This document shows, piece by piece, positions 37,271 through 49,844 of a DNA stretch of 64,000 nucleotides. The translations under genes were made by a program, and so were the position numbers. The stretch lies in assembly GCA_026023565.1 (NCBI GenBank), contig JAPETS010000002.1:62001-126000 (forward strand). Direction: 5' to 3'. The notes under the pieces were generated by a model. That model saw only the letters and a program-made list of their open reading frames with translations, ran no database searches and had not been told where the DNA came from. Numbering within the stretch: position 1 is the stretch's first letter; each line of letters begins with the position of its first letter. Origin of the DNA: Cirrosporium novae-zelandiae (taxonomy: Eukaryota).

Positions 37271-38459
37271 TCAATCGTCCTCGAACGACCCCTCAGTCTC
37301 AACTATGCCACGAATCATATTCATAAATCTCTGCTGATATTCTTCCGGCGTTGTCGTGATGGACATGGGACCCTTTCGGCCAACGACGTTAAAGCTCTCG
37401 ACCACACCCGTCATGGCTTTGGCATGTAGCTTATGCTTTGCCCAGAAGAAGTCGAGTAGAACGAGTCGATAGGTCCATTTTCGGTCTGTGGAGATGATCC
37501 CGATGCGCCAGGAGGAGGAGTCCTCCTTGCTCTTCATCTTCTTGGACCCGGCAGCAGCAGCAGCAGTAGCGGTGTTCGGGTTGGGATTGGGATAACCCGG
37601 ATGTAGATGTCGGACGAGGAGTAAGGAGTAATCTACGGCGTTTGCATCTTTCAGGAAGCTGGTATCGTATTCCAGTTGTGCTTGCAGCTGCTCGTACTGT
37701 GCATTTGTGATTCTCATTTTATCTTCAAACACATCTGCCAGCCGGGATTTGGTTGCCTCGCTGGCGAGTCTCCCCTCCATCAGATCACGCTCCGGAAAGA
37801 AGTAATCTGCTGGTTTTAGGTCATAGACTTCCCATTTGTCGCCATTGCTGCTGTCGGAGTCGTCTTTCCCATAGAGCGCGTTTTCCATCACGATGTGATG
37901 TTGCGGTATTAATCCCAGCATACCGCCTAAGGTGACGGAAGGCGCCCATATGAAATCGGTGATCTGCACTAGTAGACTGGACGGATACTGCTCCATGTGG
38001 TCACGGTACGGTTCGAGCAGTTCATCTTGGAAAAAATTGTGCTCGAAATGGCGAGGTAGGCTTTTGACTAGGTACCGCGAGTTACGGGTAGTGAAGAATG
38101 TATGTCATGGAGCAAGTCAGCAAAAAAAACGAATATTTCTTTCATGGAGAAGAGAGAAAGAGAAAGAGATCTGGTCATACTGAACCAGAATAACCCAGAT
38201 CACCGACTGGCTTCAACGCCGTTTCATGCTCAGTTTGTCTAAACGACTCTTTGTACTCGTTTTCATCGATACCCCAAACATCTGTTCGTAGTCTGGCGAA
38301 TATTTCTTGCTTGAAGCGCGTGAGAGTGATTCGAAACGGAGAGCAAAAGGCAAGTATTGAAGTTAGCAGTGACCTTGCTGGTGCGATGTCCTCGTCGCTC
38401 AACACTGCTTCAAGAATGGACGCGATAATTGATTTTTCTCTTTTGCGAGACATCATCAT
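37271..38459 (-). CDS. Minimal phosphatidylinositol-phosphate kinase (PIP5K/SAICAR-synthase-like fold); exons 38459-38181 and 38101-37271, intron with non-canonical acceptor
   Basis: FARLRTDVWGIDENEY, GDLGYSGS|TFFTTRNSRYLVKSL, HIVMEN, YDLKP, DTSFL, VDYSLLL and TPEEYQQRF match PIPK catalytic-domain motifs. Confidence 0.8.
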
Positions 38460-39159
38460 GAGCGATTTTGTGGATCACGATGCCAAGATGAGTGTGATTC
38501 TACTGAAACGATTGGAGGAAGTAATGTGTACGGGTAAAGTGCTTTTTGTTGATCATCTCTAAGCTTGACTTAACGATCCAACCCTGCTAGGAGATCTCAG
38601 GTTAGACAAGGTTGCTACATAACATCCTAGATGTGTGCAATCGATGCGAAATTATACCGACGTGCTTTCATCATGGATAAATCTATAAATGCTCTTGAGA
38701 ATGATAATATTAAATTGGACTAGAGGTAGCGAAATACTACAATTTCGGCTCACTTTACTAAATTATTTATATAGCATGTAGTATTCAATTATTTTGATCA
38801 GAAAGTATAGCCTTTTTATAACGGTTGGGCCTCCACTAGAACAGACCTTGATAGTACAATTGACGCTACTATTCCACCATAGTATAAATGCATATAAACG
38901 CATAAATCTTAGGGCTGCTAGAAAATTATAACAGCTAGTAGAGTATCTCATAGTATTTAAAATTCTAATATAACAAAACGGTGAATTCCAGCCCATAATT
39001 CGTGAAAAGCAAGTACGACATCCATACTAGACGTGAGTGTGGAATGTAGAGGACGGAAATGTAAAGTGGAGGCCCTTTATTGACTTGCAAAGACGCTATA
39101 GACAGTTGAAGGATATATATACTTTAATCACGTTCGTGATAATATTATTTCCTTTCTTA

Positions 39160-40185
39160 CTAGTCCTCACCAGAAGGAACCGTGAGCGCCGTTCCAGTCG
39201 CCTCAGGGTCACCAAAGTCCGGTGTGCCATCCGAATCCCATGTAACCTTTTGTGCCATTGTATACCGATTTCCATCACAGGCGCCCGAAGACTCTGTAGT
39301 AGCATGGAATACTTGCCACGTCTCGCTCTCATCAGGGCTCAAGAACCATGCATTATGACCAGGGCCATAGTTTCCATTAGCAGAGCTGAAGACAGGGCCA
39401 GTTTTCGTCCAAGCACCACTGGCGGTTGGGCTGGAGCCCGTAAGCGTCAACAAGCCAAGCGCATAGCTGGAAGTCCAGCAGTAGGAGGCGGAATAGGTAC
39501 AGTAGACGGTGCTATCGTGGGTGATGCAGTTCGGGCCTTCGTTTACGTCTGCGCCAACATCTTCCCAGGACCTGGTGGGACGGGAAATAATATGTTTAGT
39601 CCCAATGGTGGAAGGGTCAGTAAGCTGTGCTAGACAAATGCATTGATCCGAATCATCGATGCAGGACCAGAGGAAGTAATTTTTATCGTTAATTTCCGCG
39701 ACAGTGCCATCGATACCCCAGTCGGTGGAGAGTTGACCGAGATATGAGTACGAGTCCCACGGAGAGGAGCCACCTAACTAGGATTTGAACAAAGCAATGA
39801 TTGAAGGATTGGGGGGATACATACCCTCTAGAACATGAGGGTGCTGGCTTCCAGTATCAGCGCTGATTCCCGCTGTGTAATATATATACCACGTTCCATC
39901 AATTTGATGAATTTCAGGGGCCCAGATGTTGCAACACCGGGAGGCTGTGCTGTCGGTCCAGACGGTTTTTGCTGTAGCAGTTTTGAGACCCGTAAGAGTG
40001 GTGGCACGTGTGATCTGGATATTATCCCACGTTGTAGTTGTCAAGTAGTAATAACCATCATAATAGACCATGAAAGGGTCTGAGCCATTGTAGGTTTTTA
40101 GAGGATTCGTGAATGTTTTTGCGTTAACTAAAGTGCTCAAAGAGAGGGCAGCCATGATGGCGCCAAATAATTTCGAAACAAACAT
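39160..40185 (-). CDS. Secreted GH43 glycoside hydrolase (alpha-L-arabinofuranosidase-like); intron 39774-39824
   Basis: Signal peptide, NPL...SDP (catalytic base), WAPEIH, IDG (pKa modulator), NEGP (catalytic acid), YSAS and GPGHN. Exon 2 is stop-free in frame. Confidence 0.92.
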
Positions 40186-41103
40186 GATGGTCTAATGATC
40201 CAAAGATAACTTCACTGAAAAATAAATGAGAGCGAGAAAGGCTCAATAAATACATAGCATTCTCCATGAAAAACAGCTCGAATATAAACAAGACATCCAC
40301 CGGGAAGATTGATACATCACGCATATAGTCCCCTGGAAGTATCCGATTTTACCTAAAGATCGAAGCAGCAAAAGCGGAGAAGCGAAGTAATCAAAGGCAA
40401 TCAAAGGCAGGATGTTTCTTCCAATAGGAAACAACAGTACAAATCCAACAGTTGATGAGGGAAAAACTCTCTGTGAAGGAGACCCAACTATCTCAATGCA
40501 ATAGACGTTCCACCAATAAATAGTAACAAAGGAATCTCATGATGTGTACTGATATACCGAACCGAAGAAGATTCATGTGAGGTCGCTGTAACTTAAGGAC
40601 ATTTCTACCGTCTTGGCAGGCACCGTAGTGACAAGAAACGGCAGACCAACCATACTGTATCTAAATCGTTTAGCATTTGCTATACTACTAAGAAGACGGG
40701 GAGAACTGCTAGCAACATTGCATTATGCTTGAACATTAAGTAGTGTAAAAGACGATCAAGAAAAACTCTTCGTGGTCGGTGTGGCTTATAGTTAGATATA
40801 ATGTTTGAGGGGTATGACCTTGACCTTGACATGACAGTTCGGTCCGTGCGCTCCCCTGCAAAGAGGTACTTGGTAAAATACAAAATTACCCCAAAACCTC
40901 CACAATTTCTTCAACAATAGCTCATTTTCCCCGAAGAACTCCAGGTTCTAAATACGGAGCTGGCTTCCTTTTTCAGCTTCTAGCCCTTATCGAATTAGAT
41001 TACGGAATATCTTCCACCTATGCTACAACTGTGACATTGGAGCATACCGAAAACATTGGTACCTAGGAAAGGACCTCCACCTCAAATTTAGGTGCTCAAT
41101 CCT

Positions 41104-41808
41104 ATGATGGCCTTAAAAACTCCGAAAAGCACGGAAACGCGGCATCCGAACAAGCTTCCGAGGCTTCCAGAAAGTAGGCGGAGTTGAAACCTCAAGATTT
41201 TAGCATCACCCCCGTAGAGAGTAGCTAACCAATTATCTATAGATGCGCGTATCCAAAAAAGACGCCTCCTTCACCCCGCGATTACCTCTCCTTACTCAGG
41301 TGCTAGCTTAGAAAAAGTAATTTATGTCTCTGCCTCTACGCCTTTTGTGTCTGTCATCAAGCGTGCACGTAAACTACTTGACCAGGCAGATAAGCGCTCT
41401 ATGGGTAAAGTTAGTCTTGTCGACGGATCTGGAAGTGACAGAGCAAAAATGCAGGCGGTGGGGAGTATCGAGAATGCACCACGATCTGAACCAGTTGTGC
41501 TTAAGGGGACGGGGAGAGCTACTGAGAGGGTGATGGAGGTGGGATTGTGGTTTCAGGCACAACCTGATTGTAAAGTTAGGCTGTTAACCGGCAGTATGGC
41601 AGTTGTGGATGACATCGTTGAAGGTGGCGGAAATCAAAAGCGAAGGAAAACAAACAAACGTACAAGGACAAATGAAGGGGAAGGTGTCGAAAACATCAGC
41701 CCTGACAAAGTGAACCAGCAAGATATTGATCAAAAAGAAAAGACAGAAACTCCTGAATCACAGGTACGAATGGTGAATGTGTTGGAAGTCGCCATTTCTC
41801 TAAGATGA
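41104..41808 (+). CDS. POP7: RNase P/MRP subunit Pop7/Rpp20 (Alba fold); intron 41174-41242
   Basis: ARIQKRRLLHP, KVIYVSASTPFVSVIKRARKLL, VVLKGTGRATERV, GSMAVVDDI and RMVNVLEVAISL. Confidence 0.85.
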
Positions 41809-42891
41809 AGAAAACGAATCCTCAATCTGCACTACAAATGGAGGACATGATGTTCATCCTATGACATTACTCATTACCCCTGAAACCATCATCCACCAAT
41901 AATTACACGGTTTCAGGAATTACAACGTCTCTAAGTGTATGTGTTCCGAGTATGTCTGATCCAAAAACTATAAGCTAACTATATATTCAACTCAAAGTAC
42001 GAAAACAGCGCAGCAATCCTTCCAACTCAAATATGGGCTACGTTTTAGCAGAATTCATGAACCTAGCAGCATGTTAATAATTTGAGCACCAAGTCTCCTG
42101 GGAAATTCGTGGAAGCAGCGGCTAATACGTTGGAGCGCGAAAAGGCGTAAGATGGAAGGGAACAAATGACATTAGCAGGAAGCAATTGAAAGAGGTAGAA
42201 AAGAATACACGACTCGACAACTAGCTCTTTGGATGACAAGACTAGGGGAGGCAAAGCAAAAACCGCAATGATAGTGAATGATAACTCTAAGAAGATCAAC
42301 TTGAAAAACAATGTAATTAATTCAAACCCTATATAAAACAAGGGTAATATTATTACACTAACAAGCAATTCCTCGGACCTGCAATGTCCAGTCACTAGAT
42401 AGGTCCCACCATTTTAATTCACGAAACTACTCCCTACCAATTGACCAACCAACCAACCAACCAAGAATTGTTTAGTTCGTATAGTAGGCCATGAATTTTC
42501 CGCTACATTCGTAGTCTCAATGGAATAAAAAAAAAAAACACAATAGAACGTCCAGTATGCCAAATCGAGGAAAATATGGCATCCTTGTTCAACGCACAAT
42601 TCCATCCCAACCAACCTACACCCTTTCCGTAAGTGGCATACAATTTCTGCCCGGTGCTATTCCTTTCCGAAACAAGTCGCCTACCTAGCACGTCCAGCCC
42701 GAGATACTTATGGATCCTGGTTCGCTTTTTTATGGTAGTCAAGAAAGGAGAGTAAGAGTAAGAACATGGTATGGCAACACAGCTAAAAGAATATTGGTAA
42801 TAGTATGATGCATATCCGGATGCTCAATGTGAACTATGACAGCAATCTTGAAGCTGACTAAGCTGTACAGTAGACATGCGTATATTGAGAC

Positions 42892-44905
42892 TTAAGAGGG
42901 AAGTTTTCCTTCGGATCTAGCTTCCTTGACTTGATCGAAAACCTAATACGCCATGACATTAGCAACATCCCAGGGAAGTGGGGAGGGGGTTGATTGGGAA
43001 TTATAGACTTACTTTGAGCATCTTACGTCGAGCTCCCAGAGCATTGACACCACGTCCTTCGAGCCCCTTGTCATCCAATTGAATGATATCTTGCCACTTG
43101 AGGTCCTTCAGGTTGTCAGTGTATTTGTGAAGCCTCAAGCTCCTGAGCCATTGCGGAATGTCCTCGAGAAGTTTCAAATCAGTTGGATCCTCTGGTGGCT
43201 TCGAGGTGCCACGTCGGCCACGAGGAGATCGACCCCTTGCCATTTCTGAATGATCGGAAAGATATCCTTCATGACCTCCTGTATGACCCATACCTAACTG
43301 GTTAAGACTGACAAGGGGAGAGGAGCCATCATAAGCAGCAAGGAAACCATTGTTCTGTGGTGAAGCAAATCCCATTCCACTAATTCCAGCACCTGGAACC
43401 ATCAACCCAGGGGAATTCGGGCGAGAACGCCGGGCACCAAGAGCAGCTTGGTTATGGGCTTGTAGAGCAGCTAGCTGTTGGGGATTCATCTGATGCGAAT
43501 TCAAGACTTGGCCATTTTCGCCGATCATTACAACGTTGGTTCCTGGGCCAGAAGTATTGGGCATACCCGGTGACATGGGAAGCTGATTGTTAGATTGACC
43601 ATTATGACCATCGTTGGATCGAGAACGACGGTATTTTCGAACGTCATCGAGAGCAATCCTATTATTGACCGTCGAAAGAGCAGCTAACTTCATCGCAGTG
43701 GCATTTGCTACCATATCAGCTTGTAGCTGGGTTGCCTGACTATTGAAGGTTGCTGTCATGGGAGTGTTGGTCATTGATGCCCAGCTCGAGTTTCCAAGAT
43801 TATAAGGTGACAGAAGGGGTAGTTCAGCTACCTTATTATCGGGAGCAGCTATCGTTGTATGCTGGATATTCGAGTTCCCAGAAAGATTGAGCGGCTGGGG
43901 AGAGTGGGAGTGCAAGCCTGCAGATGGAGGTGGCTGACTGAACTGGCCCATTGGTTGCTGGCCAGAAGAAGACTTTGGCCTAGATGCCGATTGATTGTCA
44001 TTATCCCGCTGACCCCATAGTGATGGTGTCGATTTTGATAGGCTATCATTGTTTTCATCAGGTGCTGAGATTGTGGGGGCTATCAGCGAGGACCGTTGCG
44101 AGTGCCCAGCTCCACCGAAAGATGGAGCATTTTGCGTATGGCGGGCATATTCAGCCTTTTTCTGTTCAACCACAGCTACTGCTTCTGGGAACTTCTCTTT
44201 GATGGATTCGGGGTCGAGAGCAGAGTTACGGTTCACAGCAGGGGACGGTGGCGGTCGTCCCATGGAGTTGCGCGAGCCTTCGACGTTGAGCTTCGACATA
44301 GCATCGCTAAGGCGATTAGACATAGCGTCTACTGATAGTTAGCAGAGTTCCCTAATTATTGTACTACATATGAACTTAACACACATACCTTTTTCACCAA
44401 AATTTGCAGGGGAAAGCATGCCAGAAACTGGATGGCTCTTGGCCATTTGTTGGAGGACTTGAATGAAAAAACGGATTTGGACTTGCGTTGTCTGCCCAAG
44501 AAGAGCATATAAAGCAGCAGTCCGTTCAGCTTCACTTAGAACTCTGAACCACTGTTCGATTGCGCTTAGTTCATCCTTGAAGTCTTGGTCAAGTGTTGCA
44601 GCCGCCATCTCCTCTAGCGTAGTTTCGTACTGATCAATATCAGCGATCCATTGCTTTGCCGCCTCATCCATCGTATCCTCTGCGCTAGTTTGATTCTGGC
44701 CTTGTTGGGTCTGGTTGAAGTAAACCTCCGAGGAAGGGCGAATGTTTCGAGTAGAGAGAGGTGAGGAAGGGAAGGCGGCAGCCATATCGGCAGAAGCGCG
44801 CAAATGATGGCCGGCGCCAATATTCCGCGAAGAAGGAGGGCGAAGGGAAGACTTGGAAGCCTCCGGCGTGCTGTTCCTATTACCGAGAAGGTGACTTGAC
44901 GACAT
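42892..44905 (-). CDS. VTS1: Vts1/Smaug-family SAM-domain RNA-binding protein; exons 44905-44389, 44328-43013, 42942-42892
   Basis: N-terminal [19 protein letters not shown] and C-terminal SAM domain [18 protein letters not shown]...[16 protein letters not shown]. Introns are canonical. Confidence 0.93.
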
Positions 44906-45374
44906 GGTAGCGGCAAAAGGAAAAAGATAGATCCTTAGTTGGAGAAAGAGCAAACAGCCGGTACAGTAAGATCAAACTTTTGATAAATATGATAATCGCG
45001 TTGGCTCCTGCAGTACCTGCTGACCTCAAAGGAGCACTTCCGTAGCAAACGTGGAAGAGCTTGACGAGGGAACGGCTTGTGCGGGAGTTGAATTAGTAGT
45101 GAATGATCTTAAAGCTGTCGGCTAACCTCGATATCGGCCAGACCAGTGGCGATACTGTCCTACAGAGGACAACGAGGCAGGAAAAGGAGGATGTAGCAAA
45201 TTGGTGGGTGGGGGAGGAGTGAGGGATATGAAGTTGAGGTCTTGTCAGGAGTGACTAGGAAGTAGAAAGTAAAGGCAAGGAATCCTCAACTACCAAAAGG
45301 TGATAAACGACACCCGGACTAGAGACTACACACAGCATCTTTCTACTATTAATAGCCGATTTCCCTCCCTAAAA

Positions 45375-45382
45375 GTCACGTG
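45375..45382. promoter_or_regulatory. GTCACGTG E-box about 470 bp upstream of VTS1
   Basis: Motif match only. Confidence 0.35.
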
Positions 45383-46474
45383 CGAAGAAAAATCACCCCC
45401 CAACTGACTGTTGATTTTTATCCCCTTTAACCAGTTTACTCTTCATTATTTAGGTTTTGGCTATTATTCAAGTACAATGAAACAATAAAACAGTGGCTTC
45501 ATATTCAGGAGCCTACGTACCATTGTCTGCTCCTCGATTCAGAGATCTTGATTAGGTAGCAAGGAAATAGAAATGGGTAATGATTAACCAATCAGTTCAT
45601 CTGAGTGTCGGTCCACCTTTCTTAAAAGGAATTAAATTCGCCGTGGAATCGATAATAGTTACGTTTGTTAAATATACTGGGAAGTCAAAGGCCCTATGGC
45701 TGCATTTTACTCATGAATCTTTGCTCTATTGAAACCGTTGTTTCGCCTACTGTGTACTTATCGCCTTGAACGTAATGGATGGGTTCGCCGTACTTAACTA
45801 CTGCACTCCCAAGGAGAGCCCCTGGATAGCTTCGGTGGAGCTCTATCAATAGCCCTTTTCGAATATAATGACTAGCAGTGACGGGCTTTATCTGCTAGAA
45901 GCCTCCGAGCAAATAAATGATCCTCAAAACTTCCATACAACCCGCGTATCTCATGCTATGCTATGTTGATATAGCTAATTATTGTACATCTATAGGAGTG
46001 TTATTTTAGGCGGTACATGTACATGGCATAGGGAGATAGACTTGGTAGAGTTCGAGGCTGACCTGGAAGATTTTAATTCATTTGTTGTGATCAGAACAAC
46101 CGGAGCCTGGACAAGATTCGTGTATCGAACACATTGCAACATTTTGGAAGCTACAAATACATTTAAGGTTCGGGCCGCCATAAGCGAATTTGGAGCCGAA
46201 TTTTGAACAATCAAAAGTCAAGGTCCCTCCGCAATCAGAGCAGTTCGAAATTTCCTTCAAGTATCGACTCTAATTCACCATTTCAATACCTCTATTCTCA
46301 GAGGTTTTTAGAGTAACAGCTCTGAATTACAAGAAAAGTATTCATTACTTGCGGCGCTTCTCACCTTTATGTTATGGAAATTATTCGGAATAAGGAAATC
46401 AATATCACAACATACTCTGGAGGATAGCTATCTAGAAATCTTTCTAACCTGCAAACACATAAACACCTTTAGAA

Positions 46475-49400
46475 ATGGCTGACCCTGACAGCCAAAGCTA
46501 TCCAGATATCGATTTTGTTCCATCATACCCCTGGTTAGGCCCTCAAGCAAGCAGAAGCTCTGTTACTAATCCAGATTATACCGCTTCTGAATATCATGCA
46601 CTGGACATTGACCAAACAGTACCAGGTTATGAATTGGATAACATACCTGACGATGGAGAAATGCGATCTCAGTCATCCGATTTAGACTTTATATCTGAAG
46701 ACCGGGATACCTCGTATGTTGATTATTATTCTTGATTTCTTTGCATAAACTTTAGCTAATAGAAGCATAGAAGTGAGAGTATGTCCGATGTGGACTTCGA
46801 TTCCGAAACTGATGCATTCGAGCTACCGAGAAATCAAAGAACAAGGTTCAAAAAATCAAAAGCTGGACAAGAAGAGGAGGTTTGGCATGGAGGACGGGGT
46901 GGTAAAGGCATCAAGAGAGGTCCTAGGAAGCCAGTGGAACCAAGCCACGAGTTCAAGGCTCTACATTCACAAGCCACATCAGCCTTTATTGACAAGGATT
47001 ATAAGAAAGCAATTGAGCTTGTACAACAAGCTATCCAAGTGAATCCGGAAATTTTTGCCGCCTACTCCTTGCTTTCCGAAATTCGCCTTGCTGAGGGTGA
47101 TAGAAACAGCGCATTGATGGCCCTCTTTTCGGGGGCACACACGAAACCTCGCGATCCTAAAGTTTGGAAACAGGTCGCTGACCTTATTCTGGAACAACCT
47201 GGCGAGGACAGGCAGTTAGCCATGAAAGATGCAATTTACTGTTATAATAGAATTATTAGTGTTGAAAGATCATCAATATGGCCCCGGTTTCAGAGAGCAG
47301 CACTTCATAGGGAACTTGGTCGAAATGGCAAGGCAATCTATGACTATGAACATATTCTCTCGCTCAAGCCGCACGATAGTCAAGCATTGTATGAGTTATC
47401 AGAGACGTGCATTCAAGCAAATGATGTTGGAAAGGCAATAAACTTTTACGAAGAGACTGTTGCCTATCATATGAAGCGCAAATCAACTCAAGCTACTAGT
47501 TTCAACTGGTCCGAAGCAAATATTTATGTGGAGCTATATAGCTACCTAGGTCGCTACCAGGAGGGAATCCTTGTTCTGAAGTCTTTGGCAAGATGGATAC
47601 TTGGCCGTGGACAAGACAACCAATGGGATCAGGTCACTGAAGATGACCGTGAGTGGGACATAGAGGATGAACCACGTAGAATAGCATTCGACTGGTTCGA
47701 TGCTGATGCATATGATCCAGAGTCCTATGGTCTTAGCCTACCCCTGGAGCTACGCATAAAGCTAGGTATTTATCGCCTGAAACTTGGTCAACAATGTTTT
47801 AATGAAGCAATAGTAAGTGATTGGGAGGGTGAAAACGAACAGATTACTAACGATGCCCAGATGCACCTTGAATTTCTAGAACCAGACGACGACCAAGAAG
47901 GAGCAAAACTCTTCGACTATCCTGATCTTTTCTACGAAGCGGCGGATGCTTTACAGGCTGAAAAGCTTTATACGGAGGCAATTCACTTTTACGAACCTTT
48001 AATCAAGATCCTTGAATACGCTGAAGACAAAGCTCTTTTTACATCGATGGCAAAATGTTATGGGGAGTTGGGACTTAAGAAGGAGGCTGAAGATTGTTAC
48101 CATACAGTCATTGACTTGGATCCAAAGAACATCGAAGCTCGTGTTCAGATTGCGAAAATTCTCGAGGACACTGGAAAAGCCGAGCAAGCAGCCAAATACA
48201 TCGAGGAGGTAATTTCCTTAGGCAAGGAGGAAGAGGAGGCACGCTCAAAAGATGAATCAGACTCAGCAGTAGTTAGCAGGGAAACTCAAGGTAATACGTC
48301 GTTTGCATCATTGGCCCCAAAGCCAAAGAAACCTAGACCAGCAAAAGCTCCAATACGACCGCGACCACTGCAAACTCTACGACCAATTGCACCAAAGGGG
48401 GGGCTACGACCTTTACTCCCCAATGGTCCAGTTCCGCAAAGGCTTGTCCCAAGGGAGAAAATAGATCCCGTACACTCGATGGAAGCGGATGTTAAGAACA
48501 TATATCAAGAGCATGAACGCCTCAAAGATAGAATCCATAACGGTGACGAAGCATCTATCGGAGAATGGATGAAGTGTGCCGAGACTCTCCTGATAGATTT
48601 TAAATCCACGAGAGCCTTTTATCCCACAGAGCGGGCAAAGTTTGTCGGATACTCTAACGTTGGGGCGCATAGAAGAGCTTTGAAAGGAGGTACACTGAAA
48701 GAAATCGAAGCTATGGCTAGTAGACTGCATGTTTCCATTGGTAAGACTCTTGGTATAACATCATTTCTTCCGTACTGACCCGCCTTATATTTAGCTCCGA
48801 CAGATGAAGCCCCCTTCACTATTCCCAATACATATAAAGGCGTACCATTTGAAAAATGGCTAGATATATTTTTAGAATATGCTCTTCGTCTTACTAATGA
48901 CGGAAAAGTTGACGCTGCCTATAAAATAATATCTGAAGCTATAGATGCTAATATCTTCTTTTTCAATCCATCGGCTATGTTTCTCATCCACGTTTGCTGG
49001 TTTAGTATGTTACTCCCCTCATAGTTTGAATGTTAACTCTGACATTTTTCAAGCGTGTGCTTTGGCTGCCAACGACGAAGAAACACTCTGTACTGTAGCC
49101 CGTTGGTTTATGAGCAAATATCAATTCACAACCGACACCTATCGATTGTACAGTGCTCTCAATTTTCTTGTCGATGCTCCGTTTTCCTGGTACAATGCTG
49201 GACCTTCGCAGAAATATATCCTCCGTCAGGTTAAAGCCATGGATGAAGCATTAACTAAAGAGAGCTCCTCTAAGAATAGCGCGGCCCCCCCGATATCAGA
49301 TATGGATATAGCCCTGGTGATGCTTTACGGGCAAGTGCTCTACGTTGCAACGAGCTATTCATATGCTTTGCGTACGTCCCCTTGACCTTTTTCTAAAAAA

Positions 49401-49844
49401 AAAAACATTCTGACTTTGTTAGATTATTTCTACCGAGCTTATGCTGTTGACCCGAAGAATCCATTGATACTTCTCTTAATAGCACTATCCTATATACAGT
49501 ATGCGCTTAAGCGCCAATCCGAAAATCGACATTATCTCGTGATGCAAGGGTTTTATTTCCTCTTTCAATACTACGATAATCGCAAAAAAAACGGTATAAG
49601 TATTGAGAGCCAGGAAGCTGAGTATAATGTTGCTAGGGCTTACCACATGCTGGGGTTGACCCATCTAGCAGTTCCTTACTATGAAAGGGTTCTTGCGATG
49701 TATAGTGATCTTCAAAGTAGTAGAGAAGAAGAGTCGAGCAATGATATGGCAAGGGAGGCTGCACTCGCATTGCAAAGTGTATTTGCTGGGAGTGGTAATG
49801 TAGTTGCAGCGGGGAGACTAACTAAGACATATCTTATAATCTGA
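46475..49844 (+). CDS. TFC4: RNA Pol III transcription factor TFIIIC TPR subunit (Tfc4/Sfc4/tau131); introns 46714-46770, 47813-47860, 48741-48794, 49005-49053, 49372-49422
   Basis: Acidic N-terminus, TPR arrays, LPLELRIKLGIYRL and C-terminal RQSENRH...QEAEYNVARAYHMLGLTHLAVPYYE. All introns restore the frame. Confidence 0.9.

Noticed and set aside
39037..39633. 198-aa plus-strand ORF
   Set aside because: Antisense shadow of GH43 exon 2.
45820..45900. Two short adjacent hairpins (possible ncRNA)
   Set aside because: No tRNA cloverleaf, C/D or H/ACA boxes, or snRNA signature recognisable; stems are short.
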